The translations under genes and the position numbers were made by a program. Below, in pieces: positions 1 to 10,976 of a stretch of 32,000 nucleotides of DNA. The stretch is from the NCBI GenBank assembly GCA_902529115.1, contig CABZVB010000003.1:111680-143679 (forward strand). The letters are read 5' to 3'. The notes beneath the pieces are model-generated. The model had not been told where the DNA came from, ran no database searches, and worked only from the letters and a program-made list of their open reading frames with translations. This DNA is from an uncultured Balneola sp. (lineage in GTDB: Bacteria > Bacteroidota > Rhodothermia > Balneolales > Balneolaceae). How positions within the stretch are numbered: position 1 is the first letter of the stretch; each line of letters begins with the position of its first letter.

Positions 1-299
1 ACACATCCATAGAAGAATATCTTCCGGTGAAAGCCATGCGTAATATCGCTCTACTACCAATGCATATTACTGAAACGAAAGGACAATTCGACATAAAAGT
101 TACCGTACGAGGTGGTGGAAAAGCAGGTCAAGCCGGTGCTATACAACATGCATTAGCCCGTGCTATCGATGGTGAACAAGAAGGAATGCACTCACGCCTA
201 AAAGAACATAGCCTTTTAACACGTGATAGTCGCATGGTTGAGCGTAAAAAATACGGACAACCTAAAGCACGTAAACGTTTCCAGTTTAGCAAACGATAA
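1..299 (+). CDS. rpsI: 30S ribosomal protein uS9, C-terminal part (5' end lies upstream of the window)
   Basis: The frame is open from the window start. It contains GGGKAGQAGAIQHALARA and the C-terminus ERKKYGQPKARKRFQFSKR, typical of uS9. The start at 27 in the ORF track is an internal GTG. Confidence 0.9.
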   Translation, partial: TSIEEYLPVKAMRNIALLPMHITETKGQFDIKVTVRGGGKAGQAGAIQHALARAIDGEQEGMHSRLKEHSLLTRDSRMVERKKYGQPKARKRFQFSKR

Positions 300-504
300 T
301 ACAAACGTTACAAGAATAAACTTGTATTAATTCTATGTTCTACAGGCTTTACTTAACAAAAAGAGCTTTACTCTATACATAAAACACATGTGTGGTGATC
401 TTTAACTAGGTGTTAACAGTGTATTCAGTTTTATAAAAGACAAGCATTGTTAATTGGTTCTAAGATATGATCCGCACAGAGGAACAACCTAATTCATTTA
501 TATC

Positions 505-1440
505 ATGCCTAAAGCAGCTTCTATTCAGGAACTACTCCAATCAGGTGCCCATTTTGGTCACCTAACCCGTCGATGGAATCCCAAGATGAAAGAGTTCATC
601 TTTATGCATCGCAACGGAATTCACATCATCGACTTGAAGAAAACACAAAATTATCTTCAAGAAGCTCTTGATGAAATTCAAAAATTATCTCGTACTGGAA
701 AAATCATTCTCTTTGTAGGCACAAAAAAACAGTCAACCGAAATTATACGTAGTGAAGCAGTTAGAGCTGGCATGCCTTATGTAACACACCGCTGGCTTGG
801 AGGTATGTTGACCAATTTTGCAACTGTAAGAAAGAGCATTTCTCGTATGGAAGAAATTGAACGTATGAAAACAGACGGTACCTTTGACGAACTCACCAAG
901 AAAGAGCGACTTATGCTATCTCGTGAGCAAGAAAAACTTGAAAATACTCTTGGTGGGATTTCTAACATGAATCGTCTACCTGGTGCCATCTTTGTTGTAG
1001 ATATTCAGAAAGAACATTTAGCGGTAAGTGAAGCCATCAAATTACATATCCCAATTATTGCTATGGTAGATACCAATAGCGACCCTGATGTTCCTGATTA
1101 TATTGTACCATGTAATGATGATTCTGCACGAACTATCCAATTAGTAACCTCACAAGTAGCTGACGCCATCATTGAAGGTGCAGCTGAACGTGAAACATAT
1201 GAAGAAGAGGCTTATTTAGAGGAATTAGCCATAGATGCGAAAGAAGATTTTGCTAAAGAAATAGAACCTACAACTAAGTTACGATCTCGCCGAAAGAAAA
1301 AAATACCCAGTATTGTTGAAACTTTAGAACCTCAAGATACACCAGATGGAAAGGTAGAAAGCAGTGACCCCTCCGTAAAGGTTGATACATCAAATGAGGT
1401 AAATACCAATGATAGCCTTTCAAAAGAAAATGATGAATAA
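505..1440 (+). CDS. rpsB: 30S ribosomal protein uS2 with a long acidic, low-complexity C-terminal tail
   Basis: N-terminus [19 protein letters not shown] and [11 protein letters not shown] are uS2 hallmarks. Synteny is rpsI-rpsB-tsf. Confidence 0.95.
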   Translation: MPKAASIQELLQSGAHFGHLTRRWNPKMKEFIFMHRNGIHIIDLKKTQNYLQEALDEIQKLSRTGKIILFVGTKKQSTEIIRSEAVRAGMPYVTHRWLGGMLTNFATVRKSISRMEEIERMKTDGTFDELTKKERLMLSREQEKLENTLGGISNMNRLPGAIFVVDIQKEHLAVSEAIKLHIPIIAMVDTNSDPDVPDYIVPCNDDSARTIQLVTSQVADAIIEGAAERETYEEEAYLEELAIDAKEDFAKEIEPTTKLRSRRKKKIPSIVETLEPQDTPDGKVESSDPSVKVDTSNEVNTNDSLSKENDE

Positions 1441-1481
1441 ACTTACTTAATCACCAAACTTTCAAACTTGGAGACATACAA

Positions 1482-2315
1482 ATGATCATTTCTGCCGCAG
1501 ATGTAAAAAAACTAAGAGATATGACCGGAGCGGGCATGATGGACTGTAAAAAAGCTTTAACGGAAGCCGAAGGCGATTTTGACAGTGCTGTTGAAGTTCT
1601 TAGAAAAAAAGGCCAAAAAGTAGCCGATAAGCGAGCCAATCGTGAAGCCAAAGAAGGATTAATACTCACCCGAATTAGTGATGATTCAAAAAAAGCAGTA
1701 GCCATTGAAATCAATTGTGAAACTGACTTTGTGGCCAGAAATGAAGATTTTTATTCCCAAGCTAATGCCTTCCTAAATGCCGCGTATGATAACAATACAG
1801 CGTCTGTTGAAACATTACTAGCTATTGAAATTGATGGCCGCAATATTACCGATCACCTACAGGATATGACTGGTAAAATTGGAGAAAAAATTAAAATCAG
1901 CACTATCATACTTGCTACTACCAAAGGCACTTTAGTGAGCTATATTCATCCAGGTAATCAGTTGGGTGTTCTAGTTGAATTTGACGGATCTTCTGTTGAT
2001 TCAAAAATTGGGAAGGATGTAGCGATGCAAGTAGCAGCAATGAAACCGATTGCCGTCACAGAAGCTGAAGTTGATTCCTATGTTGTAGAAAAAGAACTTG
2101 AAATAGCCAAAGTACAACTCATTAATGAGGGTAAACCAGAAGAAATTGCAGAAAAAGCTGCCAAAGGAAAATTACGACGTTTTTATGAAGAACGTGTTCT
2201 CCTGAACCAAAAATTTGTTAAGGATAACAGCTTGACAGTGAAAAAATACTTAGAAGAAAATAACGCTCCTTTGGTTGCTTCTTTCCATCGAATTCAATTA
2301 GGCGGAGACGCTTAA
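1482..2315 (+). CDS. tsf: Elongation factor Ts
   Basis: ISAADVKKLRDMTGAGMMDCKKAL matches the UBA-like N-terminus of EF-Ts, and INCETDFVARNEDF is also characteristic. The gene lies directly after rpsB. Confidence 0.95.
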   Translation: MIISAADVKKLRDMTGAGMMDCKKALTEAEGDFDSAVEVLRKKGQKVADKRANREAKEGLILTRISDDSKKAVAIEINCETDFVARNEDFYSQANAFLNAAYDNNTASVETLLAIEIDGRNITDHLQDMTGKIGEKIKISTIILATTKGTLVSYIHPGNQLGVLVEFDGSSVDSKIGKDVAMQVAAMKPIAVTEAEVDSYVVEKELEIAKVQLINEGKPEEIAEKAAKGKLRRFYEERVLLNQKFVKDNSLTVKKYLEENNAPLVASFHRIQLGGDA

Positions 2316-2340
2316 CTAAAATTTCATTAAATTAAATTGA

Positions 2341-2368
2341 CTTACAACAATGTAAGCTTCTTTTTTTT
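2341..2368 (+). terminator. Candidate intrinsic terminator after tsf
   Basis: CTTACA-acaa-TGTAAG hairpin followed by cttc and a T8 run. The stem is short and AT-rich. Confidence 0.4.
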
Positions 2369-2386
2369 CTTATAAATCCGAATACT

Positions 2387-3106
2387 GTGATAAATACATA
2401 CAAACGTATACTTTTAAAGCTAAGTGGAGAGGCTTTACTAGGAGAACAAGGACATGGTATCGACGGAAAAATACTTCATCAGTACGCCAAAGAAATTAAA
2501 TCTATTCATGACGAAGGCGTAGAAATATGTATTGTCATTGGCGGCGGTAACATATTTCGTGGAGTAAAAGGCGCTACTGAAGGTATGGACCGAGTGCAGG
2601 GCGACTATATGGGAATGTTAGCTACAATGATTAATGCCATGGCACTCCAAGACGCGCTAGAACGTACTGGAATAATGACTCGTTTAATGAGTGCTATTCG
2701 AATGGAAGCAATTGCTGAACCATTCATACGGCGAAGAGCCGTTCGACATCTAGAAAAAGGACGCATAATCATCTTCGGTGCTGGAACTGGAAATCCCTAT
2801 TTTACCACAGACACCGCCGGAGCTTTACGGGCTATTGAGATTGAGGCAGACGTAATTCTTAAGGGTACTCGGGTAGATGGTATTTACGATGCCGACCCTG
2901 AAGTTAATCCAGATGCCATCAAATTTGATACTATCACAGGCGATGAAGTCCTTAAAAAACGTCTTTCTGTAATGGATTTAACGGCTTTTACTTTGTGCCG
3001 TGAAAACGAGACCCCTATTATCGTTTTCAACATCAATAAAGAGGGAACTCTAAAAAAAATTGTCTGCGATGGAAGTAATGATGGCACGATAGTAATTTGG
3101 GATTAA
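2387..3106 (+). CDS. pyrH: UMP kinase (GTG start)
   Basis: [24 protein letters not shown] and [15 protein letters not shown] are UMP kinase motifs. Synteny is tsf-pyrH-frr. Confidence 0.95.
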   Translation: MINTYKRILLKLSGEALLGEQGHGIDGKILHQYAKEIKSIHDEGVEICIVIGGGNIFRGVKGATEGMDRVQGDYMGMLATMINAMALQDALERTGIMTRLMSAIRMEAIAEPFIRRRAVRHLEKGRIIIFGAGTGNPYFTTDTAGALRAIEIEADVILKGTRVDGIYDADPEVNPDAIKFDTITGDEVLKKRLSVMDLTAFTLCRENETPIIVFNINKEGTLKKIVCDGSNDGTIVIWD

Positions 3107-3145
3107 CCATCCCATAAATTATTAAGATTTATACCACACTTTTAG

Positions 3146-3153
3146 TATTTTTG
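3146..3153 (+). promoter_or_regulatory. Candidate Bacteroidetes-type -7 promoter box (TAnnTTTG) upstream of frr
   Basis: TATTTTTG lies about 95 nt upstream of the frr ATG and matches TAnnTTTG. This is motif evidence only. Confidence 0.3.
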
Positions 3154-3247
3154 AAAATGGTAGATAACATACATTAAACCGTCAAATATCTTTCAAGGGG
3201 ATATACCATTGTAGCTCAGTTGAACAAAAATTTGGTAGGAGAACATT

Positions 3248-3817
3248 ATGATTGCAGATGAACTGCAAGAAATAGTAGATGAAGCAGAAATGAAAATGGA
3301 CGATGCGGTTCAATATTTAAAAAAGGAATTTTCGCATATTCGAGCTGGCAAAGCAAACCCCGCACTAATTCAAGGTATTCAAATAGAGTACTATGGGGCC
3401 CAAACACCCCTTCAACAATTAGCAAACATTTCAGCCCCTGAACCACGACTATTGTTAGTACAACCTTATGATAAAAGTATCATAATAGATATCGAAAAAG
3501 GAATTATGTCCTCTGGTTTGGGGCTTAACCCAATGAATGATGGTGATTTAGTTCGTATTCCTCTACCCATTTTAACCGAAGAACGCCGCAAAGAATTAGT
3601 AAAAATAGCTAAAGATAAATCTGAACAAGCCCGAATTAGCATACGTAATGCGCGCCGAGATGCCAATGATTCAGTGAAAAAAGCTGTCGAGACACACTCG
3701 TTCCCCGAAGATTCTAAATTTGAAGCGGAATCAGAAGTTCAAAAGGTAACCAATGGGCATACTAACAATGTAGACCAACTATTAAAGCAAAAAGAGTCAG
3801 AAATAATGACTGTCTAA
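3248..3817 (+). CDS. frr: Ribosome recycling factor
   Basis: 189 aa. The motifs IRAGKANPALI, PLPILTEERRKELVK and ISIRNARRDAN are RRF-typical. An AGGAG sits upstream of the start. Confidence 0.95.
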   Translation: MIADELQEIVDEAEMKMDDAVQYLKKEFSHIRAGKANPALIQGIQIEYYGAQTPLQQLANISAPEPRLLLVQPYDKSIIIDIEKGIMSSGLGLNPMNDGDLVRIPLPILTEERRKELVKIAKDKSEQARISIRNARRDANDSVKKAVETHSFPEDSKFEAESEVQKVTNGHTNNVDQLLKQKESEIMTV

Positions 3818-3862
3818 ATTTCTTGGCTTCTATGCAAACCAAGAGTCTAAGCCCCACTAACG

Positions 3863-6800
3863 TTGTACATATCTGAACTCGAATTACAAGGATTTAAAAG
3901 TTTTGCTCATGCAACAAAAGTGAGCTTTGATGGTGGAATTACCTCAATCGTTGGACCGAATGGGTGTGGAAAATCTAATATTGTGGATGCTTTGAGGTGG
4001 GTACTTGGAGAACAACGACCTTCTTTACTTCGTTCTTCGGCTATGAGTAATGTGATTTTTAATGGGACATCCAAAAAAAAAGCTCTTGGGATGGCAGAGG
4101 TATCACTTACTTTTGTCAATAATAAAGGTATGCTGCCCATTGAATACTCAGAACTCACCATAACTCGCCGCTTATACCGATCGGGAGATTCAGAATACCT
4201 TATTAATGGAACGTCATGCCGGTTAAAAGATATCATGGAATTATTCATGGATACAGGAATGGGTTCTGATGCTTATTCGGTAATTGAGCTTAAAATGGTA
4301 GAGGAAATATTAAATGACAAAATTAACGATCGTCGTAAACTTTTTGAAGAGGCTGCAGGTATCACACGTTACAAAGATCAACGAAAAAGAAGTCTCAGAA
4401 AGCTTGAGGAAACACGGAAAGATCTTCAACGAATAGATGATTTATTAATCGAATTACGCAAAAAAACTCGGAACTTAGAAATCCAAGCAGAAAAAGCGGT
4501 TAAGGCAAAAGGATATAAAGAAGAACTAGAAAAGCTTGATAAAGCTCTAACTGTATATGATTATGAGCGAATTCAGCAAGAGCTTAATCCTTTAATCGAA
4601 CGGATAAATTCTGCACAATCTGAAAAAAATGAGCTCCAGCAGAAACTAAGTTCACTTGAAACAGAAGATGAGAAGGCTAGGAACGCCCTCGTCGGCAAAG
4701 AACGAGCACAAGCCGAAGCTCAACGTAGAGTACAATCAATAGCAGAAGCCATTCAAGAGGCTACCACCCATATCCGTATTGCAAATCAAAAAATTGAAAG
4801 CGAAGAAAAAGTTCTGAGTGAATACAAAAGAGACATCAAACAGGGCAATAAAGATTTATCAGATTTGCAGCAGGTTCGAACATACAGTCAGGAAAAACTA
4901 GAGGGATTTATAACTGAACAAGCACATTCTGAGAAAAGTTTAGAAGATTCGAGAGTTATTTACACACAAACTCAACAACAATACAGTAAAGTTCGTCACG
5001 ATATTTATGAGCTGGAAGTACAAATTAGTGCTGCAAAAAATGAATTAATACAGCTTCAGGCAAAACGAATTAAAATTGAATCCAAACTCGAAAATACAGA
5101 AGGTAATCTGGAGCGAATTGAGGCTGAAATTTATAACCTGAATAATGAAATAGCTACTATTACAAAGCATCAAAGCCAAGTAGATGAACAGCTAGAAACA
5201 AAGTTAAGTCAACGAAACCAACAAGAAAAGTTATTAGAGGAGGCTCGAGTAAAAAAGGAACAATTCGCTCATACCCAGAACGAGACGAAGGATCAGATTC
5301 GCAGCCTAAACAGTGATTTGGCATCAGCAGAGTCTGAATGTCATCTCCTTCAAGATCTAGTTGCCTCCAATGAAGCTTATCCACTGAGTGTACAATATTT
5401 ATTAGAAGAGCAGCGATTCAATTTTAAAAATATGACTACTGTCAGTGATATTTTTTCAACCGATGAAACCTATGCTATTGCTTTAGAATCGGCATTAGGT
5501 CCTATACTAAATTATTTGGTCGTAGATACGATGGATGAAGTACTTGCTGCTACCAAATTATTAAAGGACCACGAAAAAGGCTTGGCTACCTTTATTCCTC
5601 TTCAACTGCTTGCTGCTACGTATGATGTTGCTGATGGTAGCTTATTTCACCATGTGAACAGTAAAACAAAGTACTCCGCCTTAAAGCAACTCTTATTGGG
5701 CAATATTCTTGTGTTTGAAGATGCAGAACTCATGAATAAGTCAAAATTAAAGAAAGAATGGAGTTCTGTTAGTTTACAAGGGGATGTTCGTAACCAATAC
5801 TCCTTCTATACATCTGGTAGCAAGAGTACCCATGCGGGCATACGTGTCAGCTTAAATACAAAAATTGAACGATTAGAGAAAAAACAAGTTAAAATTCAGA
5901 AAGAGCTGCACAAAGTCACAGAATATTTAGAACAGATTCAAAGTAAAAGCTCACAAATTGACTTACCATTACTCGATAAAGTGCTAAAAGATCTCGAGCA
6001 ACAAATTCGAACGTTAGAGCAGCAAAAACACTCTATGAGTTCTAAGGTACAGGTCTACCAAAAAAATATCACCAATCAGGTTAAAGGAAAAAATTCGCTT
6101 CAATCCAATGAGGGAAACGCACAACAAGAACTTGCAAACATAGCACCCTCACAAAAAGAAATCGAACAAAAGCTTGATCGTTTTAATCATAAACTAGAGC
6201 AGCAAAAAAGCTTATTAGAATCATTAGAAGAACAGCGTTCTGGAGCTCAAAGCCGATATAACGACGCTCAACTTAAACATCAGGATATTACTAATAAGAT
6301 TGAAAATCATGAACGTGAAATCCAACGAGCTCAAATCAGTATAAATGAGGTTGAACAAAGAATTAAGCGTCGTGAAGAGCGTATCAATAAAGCAAACGAA
6401 CACATAAACTTTAACACAGAACAAGTAGCTAGCAGTAAGGATAAATTAGCTCAGTCTAATACCAAAAAAGAAAAGGCTGATCAGGTTCTATCCGAAACAC
6501 AGGAAGCTGCAGCAATAGAACGTGGTAGTATTAACGAAATAGAGAAGGAGCTAAAAGAAATTCGTCGCCAAAAAGAAGTGAACATAGAACTTGTTCATCA
6601 TTTACATATGGCTAAAGAAAAAATGGATTTGCAAAGCGAAAGACTTCGCGATCATGTATGGGAAAGTTATGGGCTGCTCATCAAACAACTCCAAACTGAA
6701 CCCTTATCCGAAAAAGAAAGTCCAGAACAAGTAAAAGAACGAATCTCTTGGCTCAAACATAAAGTGACTAGTTTAGGTGAAGTTAATCCACTTGCAATCG

Positions 6801-7381
6801 AAGAATACGAGGAAGAAAACAAGAGATTAAATTTTTATAAGGAACAAATTGAAGATTTAACTAAAGCCGAAATTCAACTTCTTGAGACCATAGATGAAAT
6901 CAATACAACTGCTACAGAACGCTTTAACCAAACCTTTGAAAAGGTTCGAAAGAATTTCCAGCTTGTGTTCAAAACATTGTTCTCTGCAGACGATCTTTGT
7001 GATTTGATTATTGAGCAAAATGCTGAAGACCCACTAGAAGCTCGTATTGAAATTAAAGCACAGCCAAGAGGTAAGCGACCCTCGGGTATTTCCCAGCTTT
7101 CAGGAGGGGAAAAAACACTCACCGCCATCGCTTTACTATTTGCTATCTATCTGGTAAAACCCTCTCCCTTTTGTGTATTGGATGAAGTTGACGCTCCGTT
7201 AGATGATGCAAATATCGAACGATTTGCTAAAATGATTAAAGAGTTTTCAAATGACACTCAATTCATCATTATAACTCACAATAAAAAAACCATGAGTAAG
7301 GCAGGGATGATGTATGGTGTCACGATGCCTGAAACCGGTGTTAGTCGATTGGTTGGAGTTCGAATGGAAGATGTAGCATAA
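3863..7381 (+). CDS. smc: Chromosome segregation ATPase SMC (TTG start)
   Basis: 1172 aa. It has the N-terminal LELQGFKSF...[13 protein letters not shown] Walker A, a long coiled coil, the hinge, the [16 protein letters not shown] signature and a Walker B ([11 protein letters not shown]). Confidence 0.95.
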   Translation: MYISELELQGFKSFAHATKVSFDGGITSIVGPNGCGKSNIVDALRWVLGEQRPSLLRSSAMSNVIFNGTSKKKALGMAEVSLTFVNNKGMLPIEYSELTITRRLYRSGDSEYLINGTSCRLKDIMELFMDTGMGSDAYSVIELKMVEEILNDKINDRRKLFEEAAGITRYKDQRKRSLRKLEETRKDLQRIDDLLIELRKKTRNLEIQAEKAVKAKGYKEELEKLDKALTVYDYERIQQELNPLIERINSAQSEKNELQQKLSSLETEDEKARNALVGKERAQAEAQRRVQSIAEAIQEATTHIRIANQKIESEEKVLSEYKRDIKQGNKDLSDLQQVRTYSQEKLEGFITEQAHSEKSLEDSRVIYTQTQQQYSKVRHDIYELEVQISAAKNELIQLQAKRIKIESKLENTEGNLERIEAEIYNLNNEIATITKHQSQVDEQLETKLSQRNQQEKLLEEARVKKEQFAHTQNETKDQIRSLNSDLASAESECHLLQDLVASNEAYPLSVQYLLEEQRFNFKNMTTVSDIFSTDETYAIALESALGPILNYLVVDTMDEVLAATKLLKDHEKGLATFIPLQLLAATYDVADGSLFHHVNSKTKYSALKQLLLGNILVFEDAELMNKSKLKKEWSSVSLQGDVRNQYSFYTSGSKSTHAGIRVSLNTKIERLEKKQVKIQKELHKVTEYLEQIQSKSSQIDLPLLDKVLKDLEQQIRTLEQQKHSMSSKVQVYQKNITNQVKGKNSLQSNEGNAQQELANIAPSQKEIEQKLDRFNHKLEQQKSLLESLEEQRSGAQSRYNDAQLKHQDITNKIENHEREIQRAQISINEVEQRIKRREERINKANEHINFNTEQVASSKDKLAQSNTKKEKADQVLSETQEAAAIERGSINEIEKELKEIRRQKEVNIELVHHLHMAKEKMDLQSERLRDHVWESYGLLIKQLQTEPLSEKESPEQVKERISWLKHKVTSLGEVNPLAIEEYEEENKRLNFYKEQIEDLTKAEIQLLETIDEINTTATERFNQTFEKVRKNFQLVFKTLFSADDLCDLIIEQNAEDPLEARIEIKAQPRGKRPSGISQLSGGEKTLTAIALLFAIYLVKPSPFCVLDEVDAPLDDANIERFAKMIKEFSNDTQFIIITHNKKTMSKAGMMYGVTMPETGVSRLVGVRMEDVA

Positions 7382-7431
7382 ATGTATACTTCTTAATTTA
7401 TTGCGTATTCTACTTATCAAAACTTATTAAT

Positions 7432-9522
7432 TTGTATTCAATGAGTCAATTTTTGTCCCAAGACGCCGAACATCTCCAAAAAAAGGCTATCTATACGGCT
7501 GATGACCTCAATAAAAGAGGATTTAAACCTCAACGACCAGGCGAATTTCCTTATCGTATGGGTCCATATGATACTATGTACACAGGCCGGCCATGGACTA
7601 TTCGACAATATGCAGGCTTTTCAACGGCTGAGGAGTCCAATGCTTTTTACCATAAAGCACTTGAGAACGGGCAAAAAGGCCTTAGCGTAGCCTTTGATTT
7701 AGCCACCCATAGAGGCTATGATTCTGATCATCCAAGGGTGGTGGGTGATGTAGGAAAAGCTGGTGTTGCTATTGATTCAGTGGAAGACATGAAGGTACTC
7801 TTCAAGGGCATCCCCTTGGATAAAATGTCCGTATCAATGACTATGAATGGTGCTGTTATTCCAATTATGGCGGCATATATCGTAACAGCTGAAGAGCAAG
7901 GAATTTCCCAAGACCAACTCAGTGGAACCATTCAAAATGATATTTTAAAAGAATTCATGGTTCGCAATACATATATATATCCCCCAAGCCCCTCCATGCG
8001 GTTAGTCTCCGACATTATTGACTATACGTGCCAGCATATGCCTAAATTTAATTCAATTTCAATTTCTGGATACCATTTGCAAGAAGCAGGTGCTAATGAA
8101 GTACTGGAATTAGCTTTTACTATTGCAGATGGACTAGAATATGTAGGAGCTGCTCTCGATCGGGGTCTTGATGTAGACGAATTTGCGCCTCGGCTTTCCT
8201 TCTTTTTTGGTATTGGAATGAACATGCTCACAGAGATTGCAAAACTACGGGCCGCACGAGAGTTATGGGCGGAATTAATGCAAGATTTATTTGAGCCACA
8301 GAATCCCAAATCTACTATGTTACGTACCCATTGCCAAACCTCAGGGTGGTCTTTGACGGCACAAGATCCCTTAAATAATATCGTAAGAACTACTATCGAG
8401 GCTATCGCCGCTATTTTTGGCGGGACCCAATCCCTTCATACCAATAGTTACGATGAAGCGTTGTCTCTACCCACAGAAACAGCTGCTCGAATTGCACGTA
8501 ATACTCAGCTTATCTTGCAAGAAGAAACAGATATGACACACATCATTGATCCTTTTGCTGGTTCCTATGCTATAGAATCACTTACTCATGATTTATATAC
8601 CAAAGCAAAAAAAATTATAAAAGAAATCATAGCAATGGGAGGAATGACACGAGCGATTGAACTCGGCTTTCCACAAAAACAAATAGAGGCTTCTGCTGCC
8701 ATTCGTCAAGCTCGTATTGACAAGGGAATTGAAACGATTGTAGGGGTTAACAAATACAAAAGCCCTGATCAAGAACTCATGGATGTTCGAACCATTGATA
8801 ATTCAAAAGTTCGCCAATCTCAAAAAAGGAAACTTTCCCTTCTTAAAAAGAATAGGGATAATGAACTAGTGAAAACCCATTTGAGTGCTATAGAAGAAGC
8901 GGCTAAATCATCTGAGCTAAATATTTTATCCGTCGCTATTGAAGCCGCTAGAGCTAGAGCTACCATTGGTGAAATTTCAGAGGCTCTAGAGCGCGTATGG
9001 GGACGACATAGCACACATCATTCCACCATAAAAGGAGTATACAGCAAAGTGTATGAACAAGACCCAGATTTTAAGCAATTAAAGGAAAAAGTATTAAAAT
9101 TAGCACAAGCATTAGGTCGTCAACCTCGAATGCTCATTGTAAAAATGGGACAAGACGGCCATGATCGAGGAGCCAAAGTCATTGCCACTGCTTTTGCAGA
9201 TTTAGGATTTGACGTGGATATGGGAAGTCTTTTCTCCACACCAGACGAAGTAGTAAAACAAGCCATCGAAAATGATGTGCATATTGTGGGAATATCAAGT
9301 CTAGCCGGTGGTCATAAAACCTTAATTCCGACATTAATCGAAGGGCTTAAAAAGCAAGATATCGATGACATAATCATTGTGGCTGGGGGTGTGATACCTG
9401 AACAAGATTATGCTCAATTGAAAGCAGATGGGGTAACTGCAATATTTGGTCCGGGAACGCCAATAATCCAGGCGGCACAATCTATACTTGAAGCTTTGAA
9501 AGATCGATATATTTCGAGCTAA
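7432..9522 (+). CDS. scpA: Methylmalonyl-CoA mutase, single-chain with C-terminal B12-binding domain (start TTG 7432 or ATG 7441)
   Basis: [20 protein letters not shown] (Tyr in RQYAGF) and [11 protein letters not shown] (Arg) are the residues that separate MCM from isobutyryl-CoA mutase. The DxHxxG cobalamin motif is present ([11 protein letters not shown]). meaB lies immediately downstream. Confidence 0.88.
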   Translation: MYSMSQFLSQDAEHLQKKAIYTADDLNKRGFKPQRPGEFPYRMGPYDTMYTGRPWTIRQYAGFSTAEESNAFYHKALENGQKGLSVAFDLATHRGYDSDHPRVVGDVGKAGVAIDSVEDMKVLFKGIPLDKMSVSMTMNGAVIPIMAAYIVTAEEQGISQDQLSGTIQNDILKEFMVRNTYIYPPSPSMRLVSDIIDYTCQHMPKFNSISISGYHLQEAGANEVLELAFTIADGLEYVGAALDRGLDVDEFAPRLSFFFGIGMNMLTEIAKLRAARELWAELMQDLFEPQNPKSTMLRTHCQTSGWSLTAQDPLNNIVRTTIEAIAAIFGGTQSLHTNSYDEALSLPTETAARIARNTQLILQEETDMTHIIDPFAGSYAIESLTHDLYTKAKKIIKEIIAMGGMTRAIELGFPQKQIEASAAIRQARIDKGIETIVGVNKYKSPDQELMDVRTIDNSKVRQSQKRKLSLLKKNRDNELVKTHLSAIEEAAKSSELNILSVAIEAARARATIGEISEALERVWGRHSTHHSTIKGVYSKVYEQDPDFKQLKEKVLKLAQALGRQPRMLIVKMGQDGHDRGAKVIATAFADLGFDVDMGSLFSTPDEVVKQAIENDVHIVGISSLAGGHKTLIPTLIEGLKKQDIDDIIIVAGGVIPEQDYAQLKADGVTAIFGPGTPIIQAAQSILEALKDRYISS

Positions 9523-9525
9523 TAA

Positions 9526-10536
9526 ATGAAAAAAAACAATGATCATACCGCTATTTCAAAATGGATAAATTCCATTGAAAAAGGGCAAATACGAAGCCTT
9601 TCTCAGGCTATTACACTCTTAGAGAGCACCCGTGTGGAAGACCAAAACCGGGCTCGAAATCTACTTGAAGGAGCTTTAGAACGACTTAATAAAACCGGTC
9701 CTACCCCAACAATTAGAATAGGGATATCCGGACCTCCTGGGGTAGGAAAAAGCAGCTATATAGAATCTTTAGGAATGCATCTACTCTCCATAGGATTTCG
9801 AGTATGCGTGTTAGCCGTAGATCCTAGCAGCCGAGTATCTGGTGGTTCTATTCTGGGTGATAAAATTAGAATGGAGCGATTAAGTACCCAAGTTAATGCC
9901 TTTATACGCCCTTCACCTTCCCAACAAGTACTTGGTGGAGTCACTCATGCAACTCAATCAATCATGAGCTTATGTGAGCTAGCTGGTTATACCGTAATTC
10001 TTATAGAAACCGTCGGAATTGGTCAGAGTGAGGGTGCAGTAGCGGATATGGTTGACTGCTTTGTATTGCTCAATCAACCCGGTAGTGGTGATGAATTACA
10101 AGGTATTAAACGGGGAATATTAGAATTTGCGGATATTTTACTAGTGAATAAAATGGACGGAGCCACTAAATATTTAGCTCAACAAACCCTTCAATCATTG
10201 CGATCTACATCTCAACTGATCAATCATTCGCTTAAGAATTACCAAGTTCCCATCATTGGGGTTAGTTCCATCGAAGAGACTGGGATCTCTGAAAGTTGGC
10301 AAGCTGTAGCTAAATTCTTAGAACAAGCTACATCAATTGGATACTTTGAGCACAAAAGACAACTGCAACAAGAACAATGGTTCAAAAAATTAAGTGAATT
10401 CTATTGGCTTCAATATTTACATTCAGCTAAACACTCTACTCCTCTCAAAAACATGCTCTTAAAAGAGATGCAATCTGGCAAAATAAGTATCCTTGAAGCA
10501 GCTCAAAAATTCACACGCTCACTACTTAATAATTGA
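9526..10536 (+). CDS. meaB: Methylmalonyl-CoA mutase-associated G-protein chaperone (MeaB/ArgK family)
   Basis: P-loop GISGPPGVGKSS, ETVGIGQSE and LVNKMD G-motifs. There is a 3-nt gap after the mutase gene. Confidence 0.9.
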   Translation: MKKNNDHTAISKWINSIEKGQIRSLSQAITLLESTRVEDQNRARNLLEGALERLNKTGPTPTIRIGISGPPGVGKSSYIESLGMHLLSIGFRVCVLAVDPSSRVSGGSILGDKIRMERLSTQVNAFIRPSPSQQVLGGVTHATQSIMSLCELAGYTVILIETVGIGQSEGAVADMVDCFVLLNQPGSGDELQGIKRGILEFADILLVNKMDGATKYLAQQTLQSLRSTSQLINHSLKNYQVPIIGVSSIEETGISESWQAVAKFLEQATSIGYFEHKRQLQQEQWFKKLSEFYWLQYLHSAKHSTPLKNMLLKEMQSGKISILEAAQKFTRSLLNN

Positions 10537-10537
10537 T

Positions 10538-10559
10538 AAACCTTTCATTTTAAGGTTTT
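10538..10559 (+). terminator. Weak candidate terminator hairpin directly after meaB
   Basis: AAACCTT-tcatttt-AAGGTTT 7-bp stem starting 2 nt after the stop codon, with only a short T tail. Confidence 0.3.
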
Positions 10560-10735
10560 AACCTATTTAGAATAGCTTTTGATAAAAAAAATGTGTGAAA
10601 ACGCACTTTATATTAGCAAAAAAGCGCTTACAATATTATATTTATGCTAAGGACTTATAACATTTAAGCTAAAAATATTTTGCTGCAATTATAACAAAGC
10701 TTTTTGAGTAATCAACAAAATTCAATTTGTACATA

Positions 10736-10843
10736 TGAAAAAGTTGATTAGAATTGAATACTAAAGAATGTGCAACTTAGCTTAAGCTAAGCTGCTACTT
10801 CGATGAGTGAGTGAGGAAAGGGGGGCAATAGTCCCCCTTTTTT
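10736..10843 (+). ncRNA. Candidate small RNA: near-consensus -7 box, palindromic hairpin and strong intrinsic terminator in a 440-nt ORF-free gap
   Basis: TCAATTTG (10722-10729, one mismatch to TAnnTTTG) with a TTTG at 10703. A perfect 16-bp palindrome CTTAGCTTAAGCTAAG lies at 10776-10791. A terminator lies at 10817-10843. There is no ORF of significant length. The 5' end is a guess. Confidence 0.3.
10817..10843 (+). terminator. Strong rho-independent terminator not attached to any annotated ORF
   Basis: AAAGGGGGG-caatagt-CCCCCTTT hairpin followed by a T run (GGAAAGGGGGGCAATAGTCCCCCTTTTTTATT). It lies about 280 nt after the meaB stop. Confidence 0.65.
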
Positions 10844-10976
10844 ATTCTGCAATTATACTCATAAAACCTCATATAGATCATTAATTATTTGTTTGGAGTT
10901 GTGGAATGATTGATCATTATTAGTCGTTTATGTGCTGACTGGTATTATGAAAACTATTCGAGATTAAAGTGGTCCC

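Noticed and set aside
300-504. A 205-nt leader upstream of rpsB as a possible autoregulatory uS2 leader RNA.
   Set aside because: I could not identify a convincing conserved pseudoknot or hairpin by eye. The known S2 leader is described for other lineages. This needs a covariance-model scan.
777-989. Antisense or alternate-frame ORFs nested in well-supported genes. Examples are 777-989, 1451-1714, 2884-3087, 3907-4248, 5160-5384, 6874-7128, 7502-7690, 8022-8309, 9334-9546, 11444-11743, 12981-13406, 14067-14378, 16171-16467, 19416-19637, 19990-20232, 20903-21223, 26661-26918, 27992-28487, 29338-29818 and 31722-31994.
   Set aside because: Each lies entirely inside a longer ORF with clear family motifs on the other strand or frame. 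The translations are low-complexity, Ser/Leu/Ile-rich and show no recognisable motifs, which is typical of shadow ORFs in AT-rich DNA.
3863-3865. Non-ATG starts on several housekeeping genes: TTG for smc and cdaA, GTG for pyrH, and TTG or ATG for the mutase.
   Set aside because: The N-terminal alignments to the families fit these starts, and alternative start codons are common. They are recorded as annotation detail rather than anomalies.
7432-9522. The mutase as isobutyryl-CoA mutase or an IcmF-type fusion.
   Set aside because: Tyr in RQYAGF and Arg in MVRNTY are the methylmalonyl-CoA-type specificity residues. The G-protein is a separate gene (meaB), not fused.
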